Below are positions 48,852-58,203 of a stretch of 64,000 nt of DNA, piece after piece. The stretch covers positions 1 to 64,000 of the forward strand of contig CAXSGP010000010.1 in the NCBI GenBank assembly GCA_964236955.1. Reading direction: 5' to 3'. Both the position numbers and the translations under genes were made by a program. Under the pieces are notes generated by a model that saw only the letters and a program-made list of their open reading frames with translations, was not told the origin of the DNA and did no database searches. The stretch's first letter is position 1, and the number at the start of each line of letters is the position of its first letter. Source of the stretch: an uncultured Oligoflexus sp. (GTDB lineage Bacteria > Bdellovibrionota_B > Oligoflexia > Oligoflexales > Oligoflexaceae).

Positions 48852-50263
48852 ACATGCAGCTATCCCGGCTTAAAATAATCGCGAACCTCGCGCTGCTCAC
48901 CTTGGGTCTTCATTGCTCGCTGCCCGCCTTCGCGGCCTTCAAAGTTCCAAAAATTGAAAGAAGGACTTTGGACAATGGCCTGCAAATCTTTTTTGTCCGT
49001 CAAAGCGAAGTACCCCTGACTCATATCACTCTCGGTATAGCGATGGGCAGCGCCTCGGATGGGGCGCAATGGGGTCTGACTTCATTGACCGGCGACGCCT
49101 TAAGTCTTGGGACCAAATCCTATCCCAAACAGGTGATCGAAGACAGCTTTGACTTCTACGGCATCGACTATGATTGCGCGGTAAATAAGGATTATCTCAC
49201 GATAGAAGCCTCCGTCGCGACCGCTGATCTGCCGAAGTACCTTCCGATCCTCGCCGAGCTGGTCATGGCACCGAAGTTTCCAGGCAAAGAGGTGGATAAA
49301 CTCCGCGATCGTACGGTATCGCAGCTGAAAAAGGGCAAAGAAAGCCCCAATCAGGTCGCCAGTGAAATCTTCCAGCGCCTGTATTTCAAGGGTCACCCTT
49401 ACGCTTCACCCGAGGGTGGCGTAGCGGAAACCGTTCAAAAATTCAGAGCCGCCGATCTCGTGAAGTATCATGCTGATCATTTCCAGCCGCAGATTGCCGC
49501 GCTGACCATTGCTGGTGATTTTGATCCGGCTCAGGTTCAGGCTCTCATCCAAAAGAATTTTAGCTCCTGGAAAAAAGGCCTGGCAAAAGCCCAGGAGATC
49601 GCTGGCCAGGTCGAAGGCCCCCGTGAAACCGAAGTCCTTTTTCTCGATAAAGAGGACTCCCATGAAACGACCTTTCGCATCGGCGGACCGGGCACCGCGA
49701 GCTTCGACAAAGACTGGGTGAAGCTCAATGTCGTGAATACCGTGCTTGGAGGCCGCTTTACGTCTCTACTCAACGAAGAATTACGCGTTAAATCCGGCTA
49801 TACCTATGGTGCCAAAAGCCGTTTCAATGAATGGCGCTCTTCCGGAACCTTTTTTATCTCAACCTTTACCGCCACTGAAACTACGTTCCAGACCCTGGAC
49901 CTTGCACTGGCCACATACAAAAAGTTTATAGCCGAGGGCATCGATCAAAGGACCCTTGATTCAGCCAAGGCCTATGTCAAAGGCCAGTTCCCTCCGACCT
50001 TTGAAACACTGGCGAGCCTTGCCGATCTGGCGACCGAGCTTTGGGTCTACGGCGTCGCTATCGACCAGTTCAATAGCTTTGAAGCCCAGGTCGATAGCTT
50101 GACCCTAGCGGAAGCCAATCAGCTGATCAAAACCCGGCTGCCTCAGGATAGGCTTGAGATTCTGATGATAGGCAAAGCCAGAGAGCTGGCTGCAGAAGCC
50201 AAAAAATACGGGAAATTTCGGCAACTGCCGATCGCCCGGGTTGACCAAAGCGCAGAACTATAA
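48848..50263 (+). CDS. M16 peptidase, non-catalytic partner subunit
   Basis: M16 fold motifs (LDNGL, HPY, LGG.F.S.L..ELR...GYTY) but no HxxEH; overlaps its partner by ATGA. Confidence 0.9.
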   Translation: MNMQLSRLKIIANLALLTLGLHCSLPAFAAFKVPKIERRTLDNGLQIFFVRQSEVPLTHITLGIAMGSASDGAQWGLTSLTGDALSLGTKSYPKQVIEDSFDFYGIDYDCAVNKDYLTIEASVATADLPKYLPILAELVMAPKFPGKEVDKLRDRTVSQLKKGKESPNQVASEIFQRLYFKGHPYASPEGGVAETVQKFRAADLVKYHADHFQPQIAALTIAGDFDPAQVQALIQKNFSSWKKGLAKAQEIAGQVEGPRETEVLFLDKEDSHETTFRIGGPGTASFDKDWVKLNVVNTVLGGRFTSLLNEELRVKSGYTYGAKSRFNEWRSSGTFFISTFTATETTFQTLDLALATYKKFIAEGIDQRTLDSAKAYVKGQFPPTFETLASLADLATELWVYGVAIDQFNSFEAQVDSLTLAEANQLIKTRLPQDRLEILMIGKARELAAEAKKYGKFRQLPIARVDQSAEL

Positions 50264-50487
50264 AAATTTAATCGTTTGTCCAGTTTTCTTCTGCTGCTCC
50301 CCTCCCCGCCACGCCGCCCTTTGGTCGAGCCCGCTGGCAACGGTGAGCTTCGAAAATGTCGGAAATCACCTCATAAAATGTGTTCTTTTCTCCTCCGAAC
50401 TCTCTATAGTCGGAGGAGAACCTTCGCGTTTTATTAGGGAAGGCGATGCCAAAAGGTTCTCAACCTTCGAAAAAGGAAAGGGTAGAC

Positions 50488-51003
50488 ATGTTTAAATCGA
50501 CTCTCTTCGCGGCGAGCCTCATCGTGGCTTCTTCGACCTACGCAGCGGACCTCAAGGTCGGTGATCAGGCGCCGACATTCACAGCCAAGAATCAAGCCGG
50601 ACAAGCCTTCGATCTCAGTACACGCAAAGGCCAGTGGACGGTGCTTTACTTCTATCCGAAAGCCGGCACTCCGGGCTGCACCAAGCAGGCCTGTGCCTTT
50701 CGTGATGGAATCAAAAAGATTCAAGCCGAAGGCGCCGAGGTCTATGGGATAAGCGCCGATAGCGTCGAGTCGCAGAGCAAGTTTCACACGGAGCATAAGC
50801 TGCTCTTTGATCTTCTTGCCGATCCTGATGACAAGGTTATCGAGCTTTACGGAAGCAAAATGCCAATCCTGAGCATGTCCAAGCGCTGGACTTTTATCAT
50901 CAACCCCGACCTCAAGATCGCATCGATCGATAAGGATGTTGATCCCATGTTGGACGCGCAACGCGTAACGGACAAGCTTATTGAATTGAAAGCAAAAAAA
51001 TAG
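50488..51003 (+). CDS. bcp: Peroxiredoxin BCP/PrxQ with a signal peptide
   Basis: FYPKAGTPGCTKQAC motif; N-terminal signal peptide ending STYA. Confidence 0.9.
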   Translation: MFKSTLFAASLIVASSTYAADLKVGDQAPTFTAKNQAGQAFDLSTRKGQWTVLYFYPKAGTPGCTKQACAFRDGIKKIQAEGAEVYGISADSVESQSKFHTEHKLLFDLLADPDDKVIELYGSKMPILSMSKRWTFIINPDLKIASIDKDVDPMLDAQRVTDKLIELKAKK

Positions 51004-51149
51004 AAATCACACGCCTCGCGAATGGCAACCGTTCCTCCTGAGCAGTCTCGCCAGACTGCCCGGAGGCCCCAGTTCGCTGATCTTCGTTCCGGTCGGACAC
51101 AGCTTCCCAACACCATTATAAGTCTTTGATATTACATAAATAATTATGC

Positions 51150-51177
51150 TAAATTTTTTGCTCTGAACAGCCGATAG
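51150..51177 (+). promoter_or_regulatory. Candidate sigma-28 promoter
   Basis: TAAATTTT-N12-GCCGATAG, 31 nt upstream of ATG 51209. Confidence 0.55.
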
Positions 51178-51208
51178 GAATGGAGAATCCTTACGCTAGG
51201 ACAAAAAT

Positions 51209-52702
51209 ATGCGACTTCCGGCAATTGCAACCTTCGTCCTATCCCTTTCCGTGATGATGCAAGCCTGCAACAAGCCTCCGCTTTATACTCGAGGCGCCGG
51301 CACCGAAAAGCCAGACTCTACGCCGCTTCCTTCGGAAAATTCCGATCCGGATCGCGAGGCTTCCCCGAATCCAAAAGACGATTCCAACCCAGCTCCAAGC
51401 ATCGACAATGGGGATCAGGCCAGTCCGGAAAAAACGGTTGTCACTGGGATGGAAAAACCGGCAGGAACAGGTGCTGAAAAGCCCCGAGTCGTTTCCAAAC
51501 CCATGCCGGCTGGCAATACCTCCCCGAAACCAGGCACTGATGCCAGCCTGGATCTTTCGCTTGCCGCCGTCAAAGCATTGGATGAGATGCTTGCCAGAAA
51601 TCCAGCCTCACTCAGTGAGCTTGGCAAGCAAGCCTTTGCCAGGGTTTTGTTGACCGCTGACGATGCGGCCAAGATAAAGATTAAACTTTGGAACGAGTTC
51701 AGGACGCGTGCCTTAGTCGACCGGCAGGAAGAAATCAAAGCCTCAGTTGTGAAAGCCGCCGGACAAACGATGCGTTATAAAACCAAAATCTTTGGCGGCA
51801 AACCCACCAAAGGCCGAAGCCTTTATATTTCGCTCCATGGTGGCGGTCAGGCGACAGCAGCTGTCAATGACGAACAGTGGGACAACCAGATCAGTCTTTA
51901 TCAACCCAGCGAAGGCCTTTACCTTGCGCCCCGGGCCCCTACCGATACCTGGGACCTTTGGCAGCTTCCGCACATCGATGCGCTCCTCGATCGGCTCATA
52001 GCAAACTATGTGCTGACCGGTGAGGTTGACCCCGACCGGGTCTACCTTATGGGCTATTCGGCAGGTGGCGACGGGCTCTATCAATTGGGACCGCGCATGG
52101 CCGATCGTCTGGCTGCGGGCTCGATGAGTGCCGGGCATCCCGGTGATGCCTCGCCGATCGGTCTTCGTAATATCGGTTTTGCAATCCATTGCGGAGGCAA
52201 CGACAGTGCCTATGACAGGAACAAACTCGCCGGGGAATGGGGCAAAACATTGGATGCTATGGCAAAGGCCGAGCCGGGCTCCTATAAGCACCAGGTGAAC
52301 GTCGTCCCGGGGAAACCTCATTGGATGGATCTCGTCGATGCCGAGTCCGTGCCGTGGATGGGAGGCTTCACACGCAATCCCTTTCCGACCAAGGTCGCCT
52401 GGCATCAGGATGATGTCAATCACAATCGCTTCTATTGGATCTTCGTCGACACGCCCAAGACTGGAAGCGAAATGACCGCTGAAATCAAGGGGCAAACCAT
52501 CATCCTCACCGATACTATGCCTGGTACGGCTCGTATTCGTCTCAATGACGACATGATAGATTTGAGTAAGGACATTCAGGTGGCTCGCAATGGAAAAAAC
52601 GCGATGGTGAAGCCACAGCGCACGATTGATACGATCTTGAAAACGATTTTGGAACGCGAGGACCCGCGCTCGGTCTATAGCGCGGAATTGGTAATTCCAT
52701 AG
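51209..52702 (+). CDS. Lipoprotein alpha/beta hydrolase (esterase/peptidase-like) with a long Pro-rich linker
   Basis: MQAC lipobox; LHGGG oxyanion motif; GYSAGG nucleophile; G.ND and H candidates for the rest of the triad. Confidence 0.85.
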   Translation: MRLPAIATFVLSLSVMMQACNKPPLYTRGAGTEKPDSTPLPSENSDPDREASPNPKDDSNPAPSIDNGDQASPEKTVVTGMEKPAGTGAEKPRVVSKPMPAGNTSPKPGTDASLDLSLAAVKALDEMLARNPASLSELGKQAFARVLLTADDAAKIKIKLWNEFRTRALVDRQEEIKASVVKAAGQTMRYKTKIFGGKPTKGRSLYISLHGGGQATAAVNDEQWDNQISLYQPSEGLYLAPRAPTDTWDLWQLPHIDALLDRLIANYVLTGEVDPDRVYLMGYSAGGDGLYQLGPRMADRLAAGSMSAGHPGDASPIGLRNIGFAIHCGGNDSAYDRNKLAGEWGKTLDAMAKAEPGSYKHQVNVVPGKPHWMDLVDAESVPWMGGFTRNPFPTKVAWHQDDVNHNRFYWIFVDTPKTGSEMTAEIKGQTIILTDTMPGTARIRLNDDMIDLSKDIQVARNGKNAMVKPQRTIDTILKTILEREDPRSVYSAELVIP

Positions 52703-52831
52703 GCGGGATGGCTTTGGGCGAAAGTCGGGCGAAGGTAAGGGCCATGGGCGGATCATCGCCCTGGCGCGCCCTCAGAACGAATACGCAAGCTATCAATATC
52801 ATTTATTTATATTAATACCCTGCACTTTCAT

Positions 52832-52858
52832 TCAAGCCCCGCTGCCGATAGCCGAAAC
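52832..52858 (+). promoter_or_regulatory. Candidate sigma-28 promoter
   Basis: TCAA-N15-GCCGAAAC with an overlapping GCCGATAG at 52844; upstream of ATG 52886. Confidence 0.5.
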
Positions 52859-52885
52859 AACCCCGTAGCCCCGAGGTTTTAAAGC

Positions 52886-53563
52886 ATGGCTGATGATTCG
52901 CAGGAAAAATTACGTCTCCCCTTGGTTCGAAGAGTCTTTCGCCAGGACGCCCGGTACATCTGCGGGCTTTGCAAATCGGACTATAAAAACTACGGAGCAG
53001 CCAACTCCTGCATGAACCAATGCTGGTTCGATGTCCATAATTTCTATCCGGTGGTCAAGCGCAAGCGGGGACCTTCGACCTGGACCTACCGTTGCCTTTT
53101 TTGCTGCCGGGATTTTAACAATGAGATCAATGCCTATTCCTGCGCCCGACGTTGCGTCGGCATTCGCAATAAGGCGCAGGTGCGCGAGCAGCTGTTGAAT
53201 GGCCAGCCTTTACCCCCACCGTCGCATCCCGTGTCGCATCTTATTCAGATGACGCGTGGCCTGCACCAGACTGAGGCCAGGAAAAAAGCGCTATGGACCC
53301 CGACGATCCATCGAACCTTGCCGCTCGCGGCCAGGGACACTTTCAACCGACCTTCGGGTGATGGGGTTTTGGTGGAAAGAGATCCTTCCAAGGGGCTTCA
53401 TAAACGAAGTTTTGCCACGGTAGTCTCGTTTCACAGGAGTCGGTATCAATGCAATTACTGTAAAACGTCCTATACGAGTCAGTCTGATGGTCAAAAGTGT
53501 TTTGCGGGCCATTTCAACGAGGAGGGTTTTGAAAAAATAGTGTCCATCGATTCGGCCGCCTAG
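52886..53563 (+). CDS. Protein with three zinc-finger-like repeats
   Basis: Three Y-x-C-x2-C-x12-C-x3-(C/H) units; GAGG RBS. Confidence 0.75.
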   Translation: MADDSQEKLRLPLVRRVFRQDARYICGLCKSDYKNYGAANSCMNQCWFDVHNFYPVVKRKRGPSTWTYRCLFCCRDFNNEINAYSCARRCVGIRNKAQVREQLLNGQPLPPPSHPVSHLIQMTRGLHQTEARKKALWTPTIHRTLPLAARDTFNRPSGDGVLVERDPSKGLHKRSFATVVSFHRSRYQCNYCKTSYTSQSDGQKCFAGHFNEEGFEKIVSIDSAA

Positions 53564-53615
53564 CAGAGCACCAGACAACGGCGCCCTTCCGCTCCAGCGT
53601 CCATCATCCCAAACG

Positions 53616-53642
53616 AAAAAAGGCGCCCACTAGGGAGCGCCT
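53616..53642 (-). terminator. Intrinsic terminator of hpf
   Basis: Minus strand AGGCGCTCCCTAGTGGGCGCCT followed by TTTTT. Confidence 0.7.
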
Positions 53643-53675
53643 GATCGTTGTTAATGATAAAAAAAGCCGGCGGGC

Positions 53676-54089
53676 TTAGCCCATCCTGCGACGAAGGATC
53701 TTCTCAAATTTTAAGATGTCGCTGGCATCGACTTCAACGTTAGCGTATTCACTGTCACTTGCTGGGCTAGCGAACAACTCACGGTTTTTGGGGAATTTAT
53801 GGTCCTTTAATTTATCTTTGCGTTTTTTAAGTTGAGCCGAAAGCTTATCGATCATATGGTCGATAGATGCGTACATATCGTCACAAACATGTTCTACGTT
53901 GAAAGAAAATCCGTCGCCTCCGGTAATCGAGCAAAGGACCTGGTGTTTGTGTTTATCGACGGCAAACGTGACGTGGGCTTCTATCGGCTTCGTAGAAAAC
54001 TTGGCGACCTCGGTGTTGATTTTGTTTCGCGCATACTCTTGAAGGGCGTCTGACGAACTCATGTGTTTGAAAGCAAATCGAAACTGCAT
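53676..54089 (-). CDS. hpf: Ribosome hibernation promoting factor (HPF/RaiA family)
   Basis: KHMSSSDALQEY...K and DMYASID...DKL..QLKK.KDK motifs; GGAG RBS before ATG 54089. Confidence 0.92.
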   Translation of the reverse strand: MQFRFAFKHMSSSDALQEYARNKINTEVAKFSTKPIEAHVTFAVDKHKHQVLCSITGGDGFSFNVEHVCDDMYASIDHMIDKLSAQLKKRKDKLKDHKFPKNRELFASPASDSEYANVEVDASDILKFEKILRRRMG

Positions 54090-54187
54090 AGGGTGGCTCC
54101 AGAAACACGTTGTTGGGCATGAGAGTTTGGCTAACGAAAGCCTTGGATTTCCAGGAGTATGGAGTCTCCGTCTCTCACATAAATCTA

Positions 54188-54215
54188 GTATCGGCATTTG
54201 AAGCCAAAAGGTGTA
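54188..54215 (-). promoter_or_regulatory. Candidate sigma-28 promoter of hpf
   Basis: TACA-N16-GCCGATAC, about 100 nt upstream of the start. Confidence 0.4.
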
Positions 54216-54321
54216 GGGACGAAAATTGCCTGTTGGAAGGTTTTTATAAAGCCGCGAGACCTTGCGAAATCTATGGATTTTTTCTAAACATAGAGATGCT
54301 TTTTATGCGGTGAGGAATGCT

Positions 54322-56532
54322 GTGCAGCAAGAACTAGCGAACCCGGGAGCCACGAATCGAACCGTCCTCCAAGGCGAGCTTCAAAAGATATCGTTTCAAA
54401 ATAGCGAAAACGGGTGGACTGTCGCTCGCTTACGCACGTCCGAAGCCGAGCCCATCGTCACCGTGGTTGGACATTTTGGCAAAATCCGGCCGGGTGAATA
54501 CTGCGAAGTCCATGGTGAGTGGACGGAAAATAAAAAATTTGGCAAACAATTCAAAGCGGTACATATAAGCGTCATCTACCCCAAAAGCCTGGCCGGGATC
54601 CTGCGTTACCTAAAGTCCGGCGTAATTAAAGGCATTGGCGAAAAAACTGCGGAACGCATTGTTCAGCATTTCGGCATTCAGACTCTGGAAGTTCTTGATA
54701 ATGATCCCGATCGTCTGCTGACCCTACCAAAGATCGGTAAACGCAAGAAAATCGAGATCATAAAGGCCTGGAATGAACGCAAGCGTTTTCGCGATGTTGA
54801 AATTTTCCTCAGTTCTCAGGGAATTTCCCCAGCTTTTATAACACGTATCATACGCATTTATGGAGCCAGTGCGCCCGAACGCGTGCAGGAGGATCCTTAT
54901 TGCCTGGCACGTGACATTCCTGGCATAGGCTTTATTACGGCTGATGCGGTGGCTCAACAGGTAGGTATCGCTCTGGACTCCCCCCTACGTATTAAAGCCG
55001 CGCTTTCATTTCAACTGGAAGCGGCTGAAGAAAACGGCCACTGCTATCAGACCCGCAGCCAGATCATCGACAGCCTCGGCAATCTTTTAAAGATTCCAAG
55101 GGTTCGCGTGGAAGACCTTTTGGAAGATGCGTTGAGCGATCTGCTTGAAGCTGATGCTGTCGTCTTTGACGAATCGCCCCAGGCCGGCGACGTCTACTAT
55201 CGCAAGGCCTGCTTTGATGCCGAGGAAATGGTGGCGACCCAGATCACCAAACTTTTGCATGCACCGATGCCTGTCGAAAGTGGCGATCGCATTGAGCGGT
55301 GGCTAAAAAGTTATTCGGAAGCGTCCGGCCAGCCTTTTTCAAGCGAGCAGCTCGATGCGGTAAAAACCGCGGTGGAGAGCCGGGTCTTCATACTTACCGG
55401 TGGCCCTGGCGTCGGAAAAACCACAACGGCCAATGCCATCATCCGCCTCCTCATCAAGATGAATCGTTCGGTTGCGCTTGCGGCTCCAACAGGACGTGCG
55501 GCTCAGAGACTCTCCGAAGTCGCTGCCGTTGGCGCCAAGACTATTCATCGCCTTTTGGAATGGTCGGCTTCGGAACATACGTTTTTACGGGACGAGGTGA
55601 ATCCGCTCGATGCCCAGGTGGTGATCGTCGATGAGGCTTCGATGCTCGACGTGCATCTGGCCGCGGCGCTGATGCGCTCGCTCAAACCAAACGGCCAGAT
55701 CATTTTTATAGGCGATGTTGATCAATTGCCTTCCGTAGGGCCTGGCAACATCCTGCGTGATCTGATCGAATCACAGGTTGTGCCCTTCAGCAAACTCTCG
55801 CAAATATTTCGACAGGCGGCGGGTTCTGCCATCGTTCAGGCCGCTCACCAAATCAACCGCGGCGAGACTCCGGTCTTTCCTGAGCCTAATGATACCGACT
55901 GCCAGTTTTTAACAATTGATGATCCGGCGAATATAAAGGAAACGATCAAGACTCTGGTGGATAACACGCTGCCTAAAAGCGGCTACGACCGGATCCGGGA
56001 CATCCAGGTCTTGACGCCGATGAATCGTGGTCCGCTCGGCACGGCGATTCTTAATGAAGATCTGCAGAACTTACTGAATCCCTCGGTTGGTGCCGGCGAA
56101 AAACTTGAGACGGATAATCAGCAGTTCCGGCCCGGCGACAAAGTGATTCAAACCGTGAATAACTATGATTTGAACGTATTCAATGGTGATATCGGTTACA
56201 TCGAACACGCTGGTTTTGATGGCGGTCAGCTCCTCGTCAACTTTGTCGACAGAAAGGTCACCTTTAGCAAAGAGGATGCCTACGACTTAAAGTTAGCTTA
56301 TGCGATCACTATTCATAAATCGCAGGGCAGTGAATTTCCGGTCGTCATCATTCCTGTGACCATGCAGCACTTTATCATGCTGCAAAGAAACCTCGTCTAC
56401 ACCGCACTCACGCGAGCCCGTCGGCTGGCAATACTTATCGGTACTTCAGCGGCGCTGAATCAGGCGATACGCACCCAAACGAGTCTTCAGCGGCAGACCC
56501 TGCTGGTGCAACGTCTGAACCGTGGCCGTTAA
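54322..56532 (+). CDS. recD2: RecD2 (RecD-like SF1B) DNA helicase
   Basis: N-terminal OB/HhH region (KGIG.KTA..IV; GIGFITAD); GGPGVGKT, APTGRAA, DEASM, GDVDQLPSVG and IHKSQGSE; GAGG RBS before GTG 54322. Confidence 0.95.
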   Translation: MQQELANPGATNRTVLQGELQKISFQNSENGWTVARLRTSEAEPIVTVVGHFGKIRPGEYCEVHGEWTENKKFGKQFKAVHISVIYPKSLAGILRYLKSGVIKGIGEKTAERIVQHFGIQTLEVLDNDPDRLLTLPKIGKRKKIEIIKAWNERKRFRDVEIFLSSQGISPAFITRIIRIYGASAPERVQEDPYCLARDIPGIGFITADAVAQQVGIALDSPLRIKAALSFQLEAAEENGHCYQTRSQIIDSLGNLLKIPRVRVEDLLEDALSDLLEADAVVFDESPQAGDVYYRKACFDAEEMVATQITKLLHAPMPVESGDRIERWLKSYSEASGQPFSSEQLDAVKTAVESRVFILTGGPGVGKTTTANAIIRLLIKMNRSVALAAPTGRAAQRLSEVAAVGAKTIHRLLEWSASEHTFLRDEVNPLDAQVVIVDEASMLDVHLAAALMRSLKPNGQIIFIGDVDQLPSVGPGNILRDLIESQVVPFSKLSQIFRQAAGSAIVQAAHQINRGETPVFPEPNDTDCQFLTIDDPANIKETIKTLVDNTLPKSGYDRIRDIQVLTPMNRGPLGTAILNEDLQNLLNPSVGAGEKLETDNQQFRPGDKVIQTVNNYDLNVFNGDIGYIEHAGFDGGQLLVNFVDRKVTFSKEDAYDLKLAYAITIHKSQGSEFPVVIIPVTMQHFIMLQRNLVYTALTRARRLAILIGTSAALNQAIRTQTSLQRQTLLVQRLNRGR

Positions 56533-56546
56533 TCGGAGGTCCTCCT

Positions 56547-58178
56547 ATGAGTTTTCATTCCCCGGCGCGCGATATCGTCACGAAAAAGACCTTGCTCCTT
56601 GCCCTTCTGGCCATCGTTCTTACGCGGACGATCAGCGCTTTGCTCCTGGCTCCGATCCAGGATGAAGCCTATTATTTTTATTGGGCCAGGTTTCTCGATT
56701 GGGGATATTTCGATCATCCGCCTTTGGTTGCGTGGATCTCAAGTCTCATCCAGATATGGCCTGCTTCCATGCTGGCGGCAAGGGCCGGTACTCTCATCCT
56801 TAGCATCCTCGGCATGCCCTTGATGCTCAGCCTCTATAGGACGAGCGGTCTTCGCGATCAGGATGCGCTTGCCACGGCGCTTATCCTTGCCAGCGGGAGT
56901 CTTGCCGGAATCCTTCTCGGCTATATTACGACACCCGATATTCCAATGATTTTTTGCTGGATCGCCGCGTTGCATGAATGCGCCAAAGCCCTTGCCGGCC
57001 AGGAAAAACGCTGGCTGAGCGCTGGATTTTTTACCGGCCTGGGGATCCTCGGCAAATATACGATGGTGATGATTGGACCCGTGTTTCTCCTGGCCCTCCT
57101 CTATCATCCCAGACGGTTAAAGTCACCTTGGCCCTACCTGGGCGGTCTCGTAAGTGTGCTCGTGCTTTTGCCTCACATCCTTTGGCTGCAAAACAACCAG
57201 TGGATCACAACGCGTTTTCAGTTTGGGCGTGGGTTGATGAGTGAATACGGAGTGGCGATGCAGTTGGGCACGGACCTTCCTCATGCCGCGCGTTCTCTCG
57301 ACAGTAGCAAAGAAAGCAAACTTGCCAACTCCTTCAGTCTGCCCGAAGATGAAAAACCGATAGCTCGCCCGAAACCCACTGGCCTGGTCAAGGCCTGGCG
57401 CGGATTAAGCGATTATGCCGGCGGCCAGCTCGCGCTCTGGGGCCTCCTTCTCATTCCTATGACCGTGGCTCTTTTCAACAAAAAATTGAGGCGCAAAAGC
57501 CAATGGACAAGCCCGGCGCACGCGGCGCTGATTAGCGCTGCCGCACTCGCGCCGGTGATTATCTTCGGTCTATTGAGCCCCTTTCAGCACGTGGAAGCCA
57601 ATTGGCCAGCCATGTATTGCATTGCAGCCGCCGCGTTGTTTGCCCAATACTTTAGACTGCCCAAAACCCTGATGATCCTGGCCCTCGCTGCAAATCTGGG
57701 TCTTTGCCTGCTCATCAGCTTTCATACGCTGCATCCCTTGCCCTTTGGCAAAGCCCACAAAGATAGACTTTTAAAAGAAACCCATGGCTATAAGGATCTC
57801 GCTGAGATCCTGGCGGAACTGCCGCCGGCCCCCCTCTTTGCCGACACCTATCAAAACGTCGGTGAATTGATGTTCTATCGGCCCGATCTTAAATTACAGC
57901 AATGGCCCGGTATTGCCCGAAGCTCCGAGATCGCGCGCAGGCCGGCCATGAATCCCTGGCAGTGGCAGGCCGTGAAGGACGAGGGAGGATTTTTCCTACT
58001 GATGGACAACTTCGTGCCGCCCTTCATAAGCGGTGCGGAGATCGATAGTCTCACCGAGATACTGGATTGCCCTAACGGCCAGCTGGCCCTAAGCAAATAC
58101 AATCCTTCAAGCCTCTACAAAAGACCCTGTGATGGGCGTATTCATCGCTGGAATCTGGCTTATTATAAGGTGAAGTGA
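56547..58178 (+). CDS. ArnT/GT39-like (PMT_2) membrane glycosyltransferase
   Basis: DEAYY..W, GYFDHPP, TPD.P and KY motifs; many TM segments. Confidence 0.9.
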   Translation: MSFHSPARDIVTKKTLLLALLAIVLTRTISALLLAPIQDEAYYFYWARFLDWGYFDHPPLVAWISSLIQIWPASMLAARAGTLILSILGMPLMLSLYRTSGLRDQDALATALILASGSLAGILLGYITTPDIPMIFCWIAALHECAKALAGQEKRWLSAGFFTGLGILGKYTMVMIGPVFLLALLYHPRRLKSPWPYLGGLVSVLVLLPHILWLQNNQWITTRFQFGRGLMSEYGVAMQLGTDLPHAARSLDSSKESKLANSFSLPEDEKPIARPKPTGLVKAWRGLSDYAGGQLALWGLLLIPMTVALFNKKLRRKSQWTSPAHAALISAAALAPVIIFGLLSPFQHVEANWPAMYCIAAAALFAQYFRLPKTLMILALAANLGLCLLISFHTLHPLPFGKAHKDRLLKETHGYKDLAEILAELPPAPLFADTYQNVGELMFYRPDLKLQQWPGIARSSEIARRPAMNPWQWQAVKDEGGFFLLMDNFVPPFISGAEIDSLTEILDCPNGQLALSKYNPSSLYKRPCDGRIHRWNLAYYKVK

Positions 58179-58203
58179 CGATTGCGGGATTGAGATTGCG
58201 GGC

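Noticed and set aside
51034..51066. GC-rich hairpin after bcp (GCAGTCT-cgcc-AGACTGC)
   Set aside because: No U tract and only one copy; not enough to call a terminator or a repeat.
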